Source of the DNA: Candidatus Latescibacterota bacterium
GTDB lineage: Bacteria; Latescibacterota; UBA2968
Length of the DNA stretch: 64,000 nt
Assembly: GCA_965116885.1 (NCBI GenBank)
Contig: OZ220741.1
Coordinates: 384,001-448,000 of the forward strand
Reading direction: 5' to 3'
The notes beneath the pieces are model-generated. The model did not search any database. It was given only the letters and a program-made list of their open reading frames with translations, and was not told the origin of the DNA. The position numbers and the translations under genes are program-made. This document shows positions 49,322 through 57,576 of this stretch, one piece after another. Positions within the stretch are counted from its first letter, which is position 1; each line of letters starts with the position of its first letter.

Positions 49322-52300
49322 TTAGAATCTCATCCTCAAACCAAAGTGAAACTCGCGAGGGGAATCCTGGTGGCGCAGATAATCACCCACATCGCCGTAT
49401 TCGATATATTCGGGGTTGTCCGGCAGTGGCGTGTAAATCACACCCCATTCCACGTATTCAGACCCCACTTCCACCAGCTGATTATCCACGCGATAACTGA
49501 TATGCGGGTCTTTCTGGTTGAAGAGATTAAAGGCTTCGAAGAAAGCTGTCACACTCGCGCGCCTGTTGAACTTAAATGTCTTCTCAAAGTTGAGATCTGT
49601 GCGCGTGTGAATCGGACCATTGTAGAAACCTTCGCCGCCTCTTTCCGGCGGAGAATAGAAGAACCTGCGCCCCGTAAACAGGCGATACACCACATTCAGG
49701 CGCAGATTTTCAAACGGGTTGAAGCCCACAAAGCGCGGACCAAACTTGCTGGGCGACGTAAACATAAATGTCACCGTGCCAAAGTTGGTTCGGTTCAGAT
49801 TGGCGGGCCGGAACTCCTGAGACTGGTTATTGCGCTGCAACCAGGTCGAGGCACCTTTGCCATCCCAGTTGAGCAGGCTGTTTTCCGGATCCAGCGACCA
49901 GTTGTTGCGCCCAACAGCATCTTCGATCAGTTCGAGTTGATTGCGCGTGTTGTTGCCAAAGGCATTTCCCCGTTGCCAGCGCGTAAGACCATCCATGGGC
50001 CGCGGGAACTCTTCGCCCGTATCACTGCCATCGACAATACCGGGACCATAAACACCTTCTTCGGTAAGAAAATCACCGTCGCCATTGGAATCGTGTGTCC
50101 ACTCATACCAGTAATGCGACAGGTAATTGCCCTCGTTGTCGATATAGCCGGCATAATTGCCGAAGTTCGACGGATTCTTGGTCGCCAACCTGTCTGGATT
50201 GACATAGTGATGGCCGCGAACACCCGAGTTGCCATTTTCAACCCACTGCACATTGTAGGCAATCGTGAACGCCGTCATATAGTTGAATTTCTTTTTCACT
50301 GACAACTCAAAACCGCGCGTGTCGCGGTTATTCGTCTGACCCGATCCATTCACCGACCTTTGATGCTGCAAACCCTGAGATTGGTGGCGATAGCTACCAC
50401 CACTGCGGCGGTTGATTTGCTGCTTGTAATACGCAGTCAAACCCGCCGTGTAATCCGTGATGAAATTCCAGTCTGCACCCACTTCAAAACTCGTGGTCAC
50501 CAGCGGCACAATTTTGGGCCATCCCCACTGCCCCGCATCCACGACATCCAGTGTGTTGTTTATCTCAGACTCGTCAATCTGACCATTCTTGTTTACATCC
50601 AGAAATTCCTCTTCGGTGCGGTAGCTGTGTGAGAAAATCCACCAGAACTGCTCAATCTGTTCAAACTTGCCAAAAGTGAAGTGCATCGCGCTGCTCTCCG
50701 TAATCGGATGCGACACACCCACGCGAGGCGACAGCACCTGGATTGCTCCCGGACGATAGGTCGGGATATTCTCTATCTTTGTCGGATCGTGATACTTGTA
50801 CAGAGAAAGAAAATATTCCGATTGCGGCATCTCGGTATTCGGGCTCCAGCGCAAGCCGCGCAAGCCCACATTCACCACAATCCCTTCAAACTCCATCTTG
50901 TCCTGGAAATACACGGCGTATTGACGCGGCACCACGCCGACATTGGGATTGTTGAACTGGCTGTAGTACCGCTCAATCAAACCCCTGAAGTCGTTTTTGT
51001 TGCGAGAGAAACCCCAGTTGTCGTAGAACAAAAAGTCAATACCCGTTTTAATGAAGTGCCCCTTGGTTACCTGGCTGGAATAATCGACTTTGAGCTGATA
51101 GCGGTCGCGCTCCGAATTTGTCCAGTTCACCACCGGGCGGCCAATGTAAAACCAGCCAGAGTCATTGCCAATACCCGGCTCGACATAGGGCTGACCTGTA
51201 TTGAACGGCAGTTCCGTATTCACTTCAGTTGTGCGGGAATACGAGAATCGAATTTCGTAAAAGGTGCGCGCCGACAGCGTGTGCGTCAAAGACGCGTAAT
51301 TCATAAAATCGCGCGTGCGCAACTTGCCCGCCCCCGAGTATTCGGCAGGCACGAAGAGATTGCGACCAGAAGAGTTCATATTCTTGCGCGAACCCTGTTC
51401 AATGCGCCGAATAACGCCCGCATTGTACCGAGAACGCTGATTGAACAGAGAACCGTAGTTAAATCTGATGTTGTTACTCGGTCGATACGTCAGCTTCAAA
51501 TTCGTGCGGTTGTTGAACAATGATACCGCCGTGGGCGCGGGAAAAGAAGACGGATTGCGATTCATCGAAGACGTCACCGTGAAGCCCAGCTTTCTCATAA
51601 TCGGACCACCCAGCATGGCTTCGCCACGACCACCCCACACACCCGTGTAATCCTGGCGCTCGTGAACCTTGCGCTGGACATCGTCGGTGGCAAACTGAGA
51701 ATCGGTTATTTCTCCCGTCTGATTGTCGTGCCCCAGAATACCGTCGGTACCCGGGAACCACGCTTGCAAGTTTTCCCACTCGGGATTGCCCCACTGCATC
51801 CTGCCGCGATGCACGGGCGACTCATACACATTGTTGCCCCAGTGCTTCTGCCCGGGAGGCGTAATGCGATATTCACCCCTGCCCGTGTACCTTTGACCCC
51901 CTTCTTTGGTCACCACCGAAACCACAGAACCCGCATTGCCGTACTCCGCATTCATTCCACCACTCAACACCGTCAGTTCTTGCACGGCACTCGTGTTCAC
52001 ACCCTGAAACCGCGTAAATCCGGCACGCGCATCGTTATTCACCACGCGCACCCCATCGACCATATACGCCGTCTCCCAGAAGTTACCACCGCGAACACTC
52101 TCCTCTTCATCCGGGGTCACGCCCGCCTGCAACTCCACAAAGTCCGACATCTCGCGAACGATCGGCAACGACTCAATCTCTTCTGCCGTAATAACGGATT
52201 TACTCTCCGTCTTGTCGTGCTCCACTGCCGGACGCTCGGCAACGACGATCATCTCGCCCAATTGGAGCGCTTCTTCCTGCATCTCAAAGTTCACCGTCGT

Positions 52301-52600
52301 GGTATGGTCAACATTGACCACCACACCCGTGCGAACAGACTTTGAATACCCCATCATAACGACTTCAACATCATAGGTCCCCGGAGGTATATTGATGATA
52401 AAGTATTCACCCTCTTCATCGGTGATCCCGGCGCGTTTCACGCCATCGATATCGATCACCACATTGGCACCGGGCAGCGGATCACCTGTAATCTCAGTGA
52501 CCTGTCCACTGATTTTACCCCTTGTGGACGCTTCTGTCAATCCGGTGCTGATCACCAGAGCGACCAACAGCCCCAGACAACAAAATAATCGCTTGCTCAT
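49322..52600 (-). CDS. TonB-dependent receptor (non-SusC type)
   Basis: GKISGQV..GDPLPGANV, VRGG, YMVDGV, SGGMNAEYGNA, SPRVGVSHPIT, terminal Phe. Confidence 0.9.
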   Translation of the reverse strand: MSKRLFCCLGLLVALVISTGLTEASTRGKISGQVTEITGDPLPGANVVIDIDGVKRAGITDEEGEYFIINIPPGTYDVEVVMMGYSKSVRTGVVVNVDHTTTVNFEMQEEALQLGEMIVVAERPAVEHDKTESKSVITAEEIESLPIVREMSDFVELQAGVTPDEEESVRGGNFWETAYMVDGVRVVNNDARAGFTRFQGVNTSAVQELTVLSGGMNAEYGNAGSVVSVVTKEGGQRYTGRGEYRITPPGQKHWGNNVYESPVHRGRMQWGNPEWENLQAWFPGTDGILGHDNQTGEITDSQFATDDVQRKVHERQDYTGVWGGRGEAMLGGPIMRKLGFTVTSSMNRNPSSFPAPTAVSLFNNRTNLKLTYRPSNNIRFNYGSLFNQRSRYNAGVIRRIEQGSRKNMNSSGRNLFVPAEYSGAGKLRTRDFMNYASLTHTLSARTFYEIRFSYSRTTEVNTELPFNTGQPYVEPGIGNDSGWFYIGRPVVNWTNSERDRYQLKVDYSSQVTKGHFIKTGIDFLFYDNWGFSRNKNDFRGLIERYYSQFNNPNVGVVPRQYAVYFQDKMEFEGIVVNVGLRGLRWSPNTEMPQSEYFLSLYKYHDPTKIENIPTYRPGAIQVLSPRVGVSHPITESSAMHFTFGKFEQIEQFWWIFSHSYRTEEEFLDVNKNGQIDESEINNTLDVVDAGQWGWPKIVPLVTTSFEVGADWNFITDYTAGLTAYYKQQINRRSGGSYRHQSQGLQHQRSVNGSGQTNNRDTRGFELSVKKKFNYMTAFTIAYNVQWVENGNSGVRGHHYVNPDRLATKNPSNFGNYAGYIDNEGNYLSHYWYEWTHDSNGDGDFLTEEGVYGPGIVDGSDTGEEFPRPMDGLTRWQRGNAFGNNTRNQLELIEDAVGRNNWSLDPENSLLNWDGKGASTWLQRNNQSQEFRPANLNRTNFGTVTFMFTSPSKFGPRFVGFNPFENLRLNVVYRLFTGRRFFYSPPERGGEGFYNGPIHTRTDLNFEKTFKFNRRASVTAFFEAFNLFNQKDPHISYRVDNQLVEVGSEYVEWGVIYTPLPDNPEYIEYGDVGDYLRHQDSPREFHFGLRMRF

Positions 52601-52677
52601 TTACGACCCTCCATAAAAAATGGTGAGTGGAGATGGTCCAGTTCCCCATACTGGAGAACTGAATCTCTATTTACTCA

Positions 52678-53496
52678 TTACTCAAAATAATATTTAAAAC
52701 TCACACCAGCGTCCGCGGTCCCTATCGGAAACGCCTTGTTCATTCCCCAGGCGGTCAATGGATTGATCTCGCCAAAAATGAGATTGTAGCGCACGCGAAA
52801 ATCAAGCCCATACGAAGAACCCAGCGATCCCTCAAAACCCGCACTTATGGGAATTGTCCACGCTGTCCGCGTATCCTCTGTGGGCACCAACCCGTGCAAC
52901 AACACCTGACCATTGTCAATTATGCCGATGTTATCCCTCTGAGCTTCTGTCAGATTCTTGGTATCCAGGGAGGAATTCGGGTTGCCCGGATACACCAGCG
53001 ATATCTGCACGCCGCCGCGATCTACCTCTACTGGAATATCGCGATTGATCGGGGCAATCAGGCCCTGCACCTTGTGGCTATAATCGTAAAAACCGAGGCC
53101 CAAACCCAGATAAGGCGACCACTTGCGATCGGACATGGTCTCGGCATTTTCCCTGAAAAACCACAGCCAGTTCGAAGCCACGCTATTCCAGGTCATCTCC
53201 GAATCCGCCTCGGGACTCGGGACCTGACGACCTCTATATTCGAACGTGCGCCCGGGAAGATTTGAGTTGCGGAACTTCGAGTAGTGATACTCCACCTCTG
53301 TGGTCAAACGCGGAGAAATCACATAACTCACATTCAAGCCGAACTTCAAATCACCAGCATACCAGCCGCTCAAAGGACCCGTTGGCTGGTGATAGTTCAC
53401 CAATCCGCCAATAGCCCACAGATCTGCATCGCGGGCATCTGCGGAAGATACAGCAAATAAGAAAACCCCGGCGTACAAACTCAGAAATCTTTTCAA
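52678..53496 (-). CDS. outer membrane beta-barrel protein
   Basis: TTG start with GGAGG RBS; signal peptide; SPYLGLGLG; GVSFKYYF. Confidence 0.75.
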   Translation of the reverse strand: MKRFLSLYAGVFLFAVSSADARDADLWAIGGLVNYHQPTGPLSGWYAGDLKFGLNVSYVISPRLTTEVEYHYSKFRNSNLPGRTFEYRGRQVPSPEADSEMTWNSVASNWLWFFRENAETMSDRKWSPYLGLGLGFYDYSHKVQGLIAPINRDIPVEVDRGGVQISLVYPGNPNSSLDTKNLTEAQRDNIGIIDNGQVLLHGLVPTEDTRTAWTIPISAGFEGSLGSSYGLDFRVRYNLIFGEINPLTAWGMNKAFPIGTADAGVSFKYYFE

Positions 53497-53557
53497 AAGT
53501 GCCTCCTTGGGTTTGGGGTGAGCAAAAAAATGCCTCTTTTTTTATTTCTATTTCTAT

Positions 53558-53596
53558 GGAACACGAGTGCTGACCTCGTGGTCTAATCCTGCGAAA
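53558..53596 (+). promoter_or_regulatory. copy of the ECF-type promoter motif, antisense to the outer-membrane operon
   Basis: GGAAC-N18-GTCTAA; 34/39 identical to the reverse complement of 63374-63412. Confidence 0.55.
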
Positions 53597-53660
53597 TAGA
53601 GCATAGACAAATCAGCGCATAAACAGTACAACTGGTTTCGGGTAAACAAAAAGAGGGGAC

Positions 53661-53689
53661 AGTATAATGCCGAATAATCGGCAAGACAA
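53661..53689 (-). promoter_or_regulatory. sigma70-type promoter of the outer-membrane operon with palindromic spacer
   Basis: TTGTCT-N17-TATACT; spacer contains TGCCGA-N4-TCGGCA. Confidence 0.6.
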
Positions 53690-54053
53690 GCGTTTTCTAC
53701 AGCATGTACCAAGACAAATTATTCTTCCAAGAAAGCATTCAAGACCGGGTTGAAAATTGAGATTATCTTGCGTTGTTGCATGCAAAAAATAAGCTCAGCA
53801 GATACAGTTTTGCATATATCTCATTAAAAAACAATATTTTATGAAAAATATATATTCAAAAAACTTATTGAATAAAACGTTCAAAATAAGAACTTCTAAA
53901 TTGCTATATTAAAGCGTAAGCAAATAGAAATAAAAGAGTTAAAATAACCTTGTCAACGAAAAGTTTGTTAAAATTTGTAACAGGGCAATTATTCTGATTT
54001 TATAGGACTTACCGATCTTTAAAAAATGACAAGCAAAACCTTCTGGATCGCGC

Positions 54054-54128
54054 AGGACGGCACAGGGGCCGTCCCCTACAACACCTTGCCGCGATGACGG
54101 ACACGGGCGAGGCAGGCCTCGCCCCTAC
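54054..54128 (-). repeat. two GTAG-type REP palindromes
   Basis: 54054-54079 and 54105-54128, both ending CCCCTAC on the plus strand. Confidence 0.8.
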
Positions 54129-54142
54129 ATTGATGTGTAAGG

Positions 54143-55138
54143 TCAACGCATTTTTAACATCCGATTGATCTCTGCCCCATTCAATTTTCTTTCAAAACGC
54201 GGACCGTATTTGGCGACAACGCGCGAGGAAACATAAGTCGCGAGCCTCGCGGCCTGAGCCGCGTCATACCCCCGGGTCACGGCAAACAAATACGCCCCGG
54301 CAAAAGAATCCCCCGCGCCATTGGTATCCACAGCATTGACCACAAAACCCGGCGCGTGAAATACATCACCACCATCGCAGACCCGGGCACCGTCCGCACC
54401 ATACGTCAGAGCCAAACCTCGTACGCGATCGCGCAACGCACCAAAAGCCTCTTCCGTTGTCTCGGCACCTGTAAATATCCTGCCCTCATCCTCATTGCAA
54501 AACAGCATATCCACGCCCGCATCGACCAATGCGGTCATTCTATCCTTAAAAGCAGCCACAATAGACGGATCGCTCAGGGTAAGCGCGACCTTTGTACCGT
54601 GCGCCTGCGCCACCTTTTGCGCCGCCTGTGCCGCTTCAAAGCCATCATCTGCCGCAATTAGATAACCCTCAATATAAATATACTGGCTGTCGGCAATCAC
54701 AGCATCCTCAACCTGCGCCACACCAAACGTACTCGTAATCCCCAAAAATGTATTCATCGTGCGATCTGCATCCTCCGTAATCATCACCAGACACTTACCC
54801 GTAACTCCCTGCTCGCGATGTGACGGATTGCACGCCACCCCCGCGGCGCTGAGATCGCGAAGATAAAACTCGCCATCCGTATCCTCAGCCACCTTGCATC
54901 CGTAATAGCCTCTCCCACCACAATTGGCCAACGCGATCATCGTATTGGCTGCCGAACCACCCGACGAGCGCGCCATCTCCTTCCCGCCCAAAGCATCGAT
55001 CAACGCACGCTGGCGATCTCCGTCAATCAGCGTCATCACACCCTTGTCAATCTCCATCGCCTCAAAAAACGACGGGGCAACCCGAAACTGAATATCCACC
55101 AGCGCATTGCCCAGTCCATATACATCGTATTGACGCAT
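54143..55138 (-). CDS. adenosine kinase / PfkB family kinase
   Basis: GLGNALVD, GGSAANT, LFCNEDE, DTNGAGDSFAG. Confidence 0.9.
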   Translation of the reverse strand: MRQYDVYGLGNALVDIQFRVAPSFFEAMEIDKGVMTLIDGDRQRALIDALGGKEMARSSGGSAANTMIALANCGGRGYYGCKVAEDTDGEFYLRDLSAAGVACNPSHREQGVTGKCLVMITEDADRTMNTFLGITSTFGVAQVEDAVIADSQYIYIEGYLIAADDGFEAAQAAQKVAQAHGTKVALTLSDPSIVAAFKDRMTALVDAGVDMLFCNEDEGRIFTGAETTEEAFGALRDRVRGLALTYGADGARVCDGGDVFHAPGFVVNAVDTNGAGDSFAGAYLFAVTRGYDAAQAARLATYVSSRVVAKYGPRFERKLNGAEINRMLKMR

Positions 55139-55229
55139 AATCTCTCCTATCTCATGTAATACCCATCTCAATCAAAAATTAAAATTAAAAATTGATATTA
55201 CGCAATACTCAAGTACAGAGCGACACAAT

Positions 55230-56537
55230 TCATGGATGCAACCTGTTGGGGGTGCGAGACAAAAAAGTCGTCTCTCGCACAGAGGACAAGCCGAGCATAA
55301 CCATGAGCAGGCGCGACAGGCCAAAACCAAATCCTCCGTGCGGAGGACATCCGTACTTAAAAAAATCGAGATAAAACTGGATAACCTCTAAATCCAGCCC
55401 CTTCTCTCTCGCCTGCGCCCTCAGGACATCGGGACGGTGTTCGCGTTGCGCGCCTGTAGTAATCTCCACACCGCGATAGAGAAGGTCAAAACTCCTGGTC
55501 AACTCAGGATATTCTGAATGACGCATGTGGTAAAATGGTCGCACAGAAACCGGGTAGTCTATCACAAAGACATAATCGCATCCCCTGGTTTTACGGATAT
55601 ATTCACCTATCAGACGCTCACCCTTTGGATCGAGATCGCCTTCCCGATCTGGCATGTGGCCCTGTTCGGACAACACCGCCAATGCCTCGGCCATCGCGAT
55701 CCGCGGAAAAGGCAGCACTGGCACCGCGAGTTCAACACCGTAATTTTCGGCAATAGCGTCACCATATTTTTCTCGCACTGTATAAATGACATGTTGCAGC
55801 CATTGTTCTTCAAATGCCATCACATCCTCGTGACCATCAATCCAGGCGATCTCGACATCCACACTCGTAAACTCCGTCGTATGACGCGAAGTAAATGAGG
55901 GATCGGCGCGAAAAACGGGCGCAATTTCAAACACGCGATCAAAACCAGACGCCATTGCCATCTGCTTGTAAAACTGGGGTGATTGCGCCAGATAGGCCGT
56001 AGAATTAAAATACGGCAACGCGAACAACTCAGCCCCCGATTCACTGGCTGTACCCATCAGTTTGGGAGAGTGGATCTCGATAAAATGATTTTGCATCCAG
56101 TACTCGCGCATCGCCATTTCAACAGCAGTCTGTATCTCAAAAATCAACCGATTGCTCGGAACGCGAAGATCGAGATGCCGCCAATCCAGCCGATGGTCAA
56201 TACCCGATGCATTTTCGGAAAATGGATCCAGAGGCAACGGCGCTTCAGCTACATTGACAACACTCAGTTCCGCAAGCTGAATCTCAACACCCCCCAGACG
56301 AACACCTGGATTTTCGACAACGTGTCCGCTTATGGATATCGCCGATTCTCGCGTAAGAGCAGAAACCCGCTCTGCCAACGCCCCTGTCTTTTCGTGAACA
56401 ACCTGTACACTTCCCGTGCGATTTCTCAAAATGAGAAACTGGACATGTTTTTGGTCGCGCAGGGCATGCACCCATCCGTGAAGCGTAACGGTTTGGCCGA
56501 TATATTTGGACAGTTCAGATATTGCAATGTATTTCAT
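55230..56537 (-). CDS. aspS: aspartate--tRNA(Asp/Asn) ligase, short archaeal-type, likely non-discriminating
   Basis: 435 aa; GWVHALRD OB fold, RLDWRHLDLR, LAQSPQFYKQ, FRAD, GAQREH, PPHGGFGFG; no bacterial GAD insert. Confidence 0.92.
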   Translation of the reverse strand: MKYIAISELSKYIGQTVTLHGWVHALRDQKHVQFLILRNRTGSVQVVHEKTGALAERVSALTRESAISISGHVVENPGVRLGGVEIQLAELSVVNVAEAPLPLDPFSENASGIDHRLDWRHLDLRVPSNRLIFEIQTAVEMAMREYWMQNHFIEIHSPKLMGTASESGAELFALPYFNSTAYLAQSPQFYKQMAMASGFDRVFEIAPVFRADPSFTSRHTTEFTSVDVEIAWIDGHEDVMAFEEQWLQHVIYTVREKYGDAIAENYGVELAVPVLPFPRIAMAEALAVLSEQGHMPDREGDLDPKGERLIGEYIRKTRGCDYVFVIDYPVSVRPFYHMRHSEYPELTRSFDLLYRGVEITTGAQREHRPDVLRAQAREKGLDLEVIQFYLDFFKYGCPPHGGFGFGLSRLLMVMLGLSSVRETTFLSRTPNRLHP

Positions 56538-56565
56538 GACAGACTCCTTTTTGAATTCCAGAAAT

Positions 56566-56601
56566 AAAAAAAGCCCGTTGTCGAAAAATACGACAACGGG
56601 C
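56566..56601 (-). terminator. attenuator terminator upstream of aspS
   Basis: Minus strand GCCCGTTGTCG-tattttt-CGACAACGGGC-TTTTTTT, ending about 30 nt before the aspS start. Confidence 0.88.
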
Positions 56602-56631
56602 ACTTTACTCTACATACTGGCACAAGACGAC

Positions 56632-56730
56632 CTATGCCGGTCCAGCCCGTCGCCGGATCGGATTATTATCGTCATTATTATTGCCAGTGAACTGAGCGAT
56701 TTGGAAATAGCGTATATGCATAGTATTCAT
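56632..56730 (-). CDS. Asn/Asp-rich leader peptide of aspS (32 aa)
   Basis: MNTMHIRYFQIAQFTGNNNDDNNPIRRRAGPA*; seven consecutive Asn/Asp codons; overlaps the antiterminator strand. Confidence 0.82.
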   Translation of the reverse strand: MNTMHIRYFQIAQFTGNNNDDNNPIRRRAGPA

Positions 56731-56837
56731 CCAAAAAATTATTAGATATTGGGGTGGCTTGGTGGGGTTCGTCTATTCGTCTATGAACTGGCCTGAGAGG
56801 CGGCCAGTTGTACCCCGTTCCGTCTATTCGTGATTTT

Positions 56838-57572
56838 TTAAACTTTTCTCCCGCCAAAAACAGCCAGTTCAAACAGCTTGAAATAACAATCTACATCTGA
56901 AAACCCAATGGCTCTGAGCCATTCGCATTGGTCTTCAACAGACGCGAGAATATTCGCCTGCTTATCATCGCGATAATAATAAGCCCGCGCGATTTCATCG
57001 CGAGAAGCATTTGGATCTCGCCGGGTAACAGAATTGTAAAGCGCGTCAATAAAACGATCTGCAAAACGCGACTCAACCCACTTTGTCGGAGAGCGAACAT
57101 GCTCGACATTGACAAACACACCATTGGGAGAAAGCAGATCAAAAATCTCGCCATAAACCTCGCGCTTGCGTTCATCGCTCTGGTGATGAATTGAAAAACC
57201 CGACACAATCGCATCATAAGGCGCATCATCTGCAACCAGACTGAGCCAATCGGACGTCGCATAATCCCCAATAACAAAACGATGCTGTGAAACCGTTTCC
57301 CCAAACCGTTTCCGCGCAGCCTCGATCATAGCCTCAGAAAAATCCACAAAAACGCCGCGTGCATCCGGGTGGTATTCAATAACCGCAGCACCGAGGATGC
57401 CATCGCCACACCCCAGATCCAGCACAGTATTGACCCTGTGATCATCCGCATTGATCACCCGGCACATAACGGCAATCTGCTCATCGGACAGCGGAATTGC
57501 CTGCCGAATATTTTTCAAATATTTCTGCGCCAGATCCCGCGCCTGCCAGGCAGTGTCTTTGCGTTTGCTCAT
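56838..57572 (-). CDS. class I SAM-dependent methyltransferase (CmoA-like)
   Basis: VLDLGCGDG, YDAIVSGFSIHH, LSPNGVF. Confidence 0.88.
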   Translation of the reverse strand: MSKRKDTAWQARDLAQKYLKNIRQAIPLSDEQIAVMCRVINADDHRVNTVLDLGCGDGILGAAVIEYHPDARGVFVDFSEAMIEAARKRFGETVSQHRFVIGDYATSDWLSLVADDAPYDAIVSGFSIHHQSDERKREVYGEIFDLLSPNGVFVNVEHVRSPTKWVESRFADRFIDALYNSVTRRDPNASRDEIARAYYYRDDKQANILASVEDQCEWLRAIGFSDVDCYFKLFELAVFGGRKV

Positions 57573-57576
57573 GATT

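Noticed and set aside
53700..54040. AT-rich stretch as replication origin or small gene
   Set aside because: No DnaA-box cluster or convincing ORF seen; treated as upstream regulatory DNA.
56600..56840. T-box riboswitch upstream of aspS
   Set aside because: No AGGGUGGNACCGCG T-box bulge seen on the minus strand; the leader-peptide model explains the structure.
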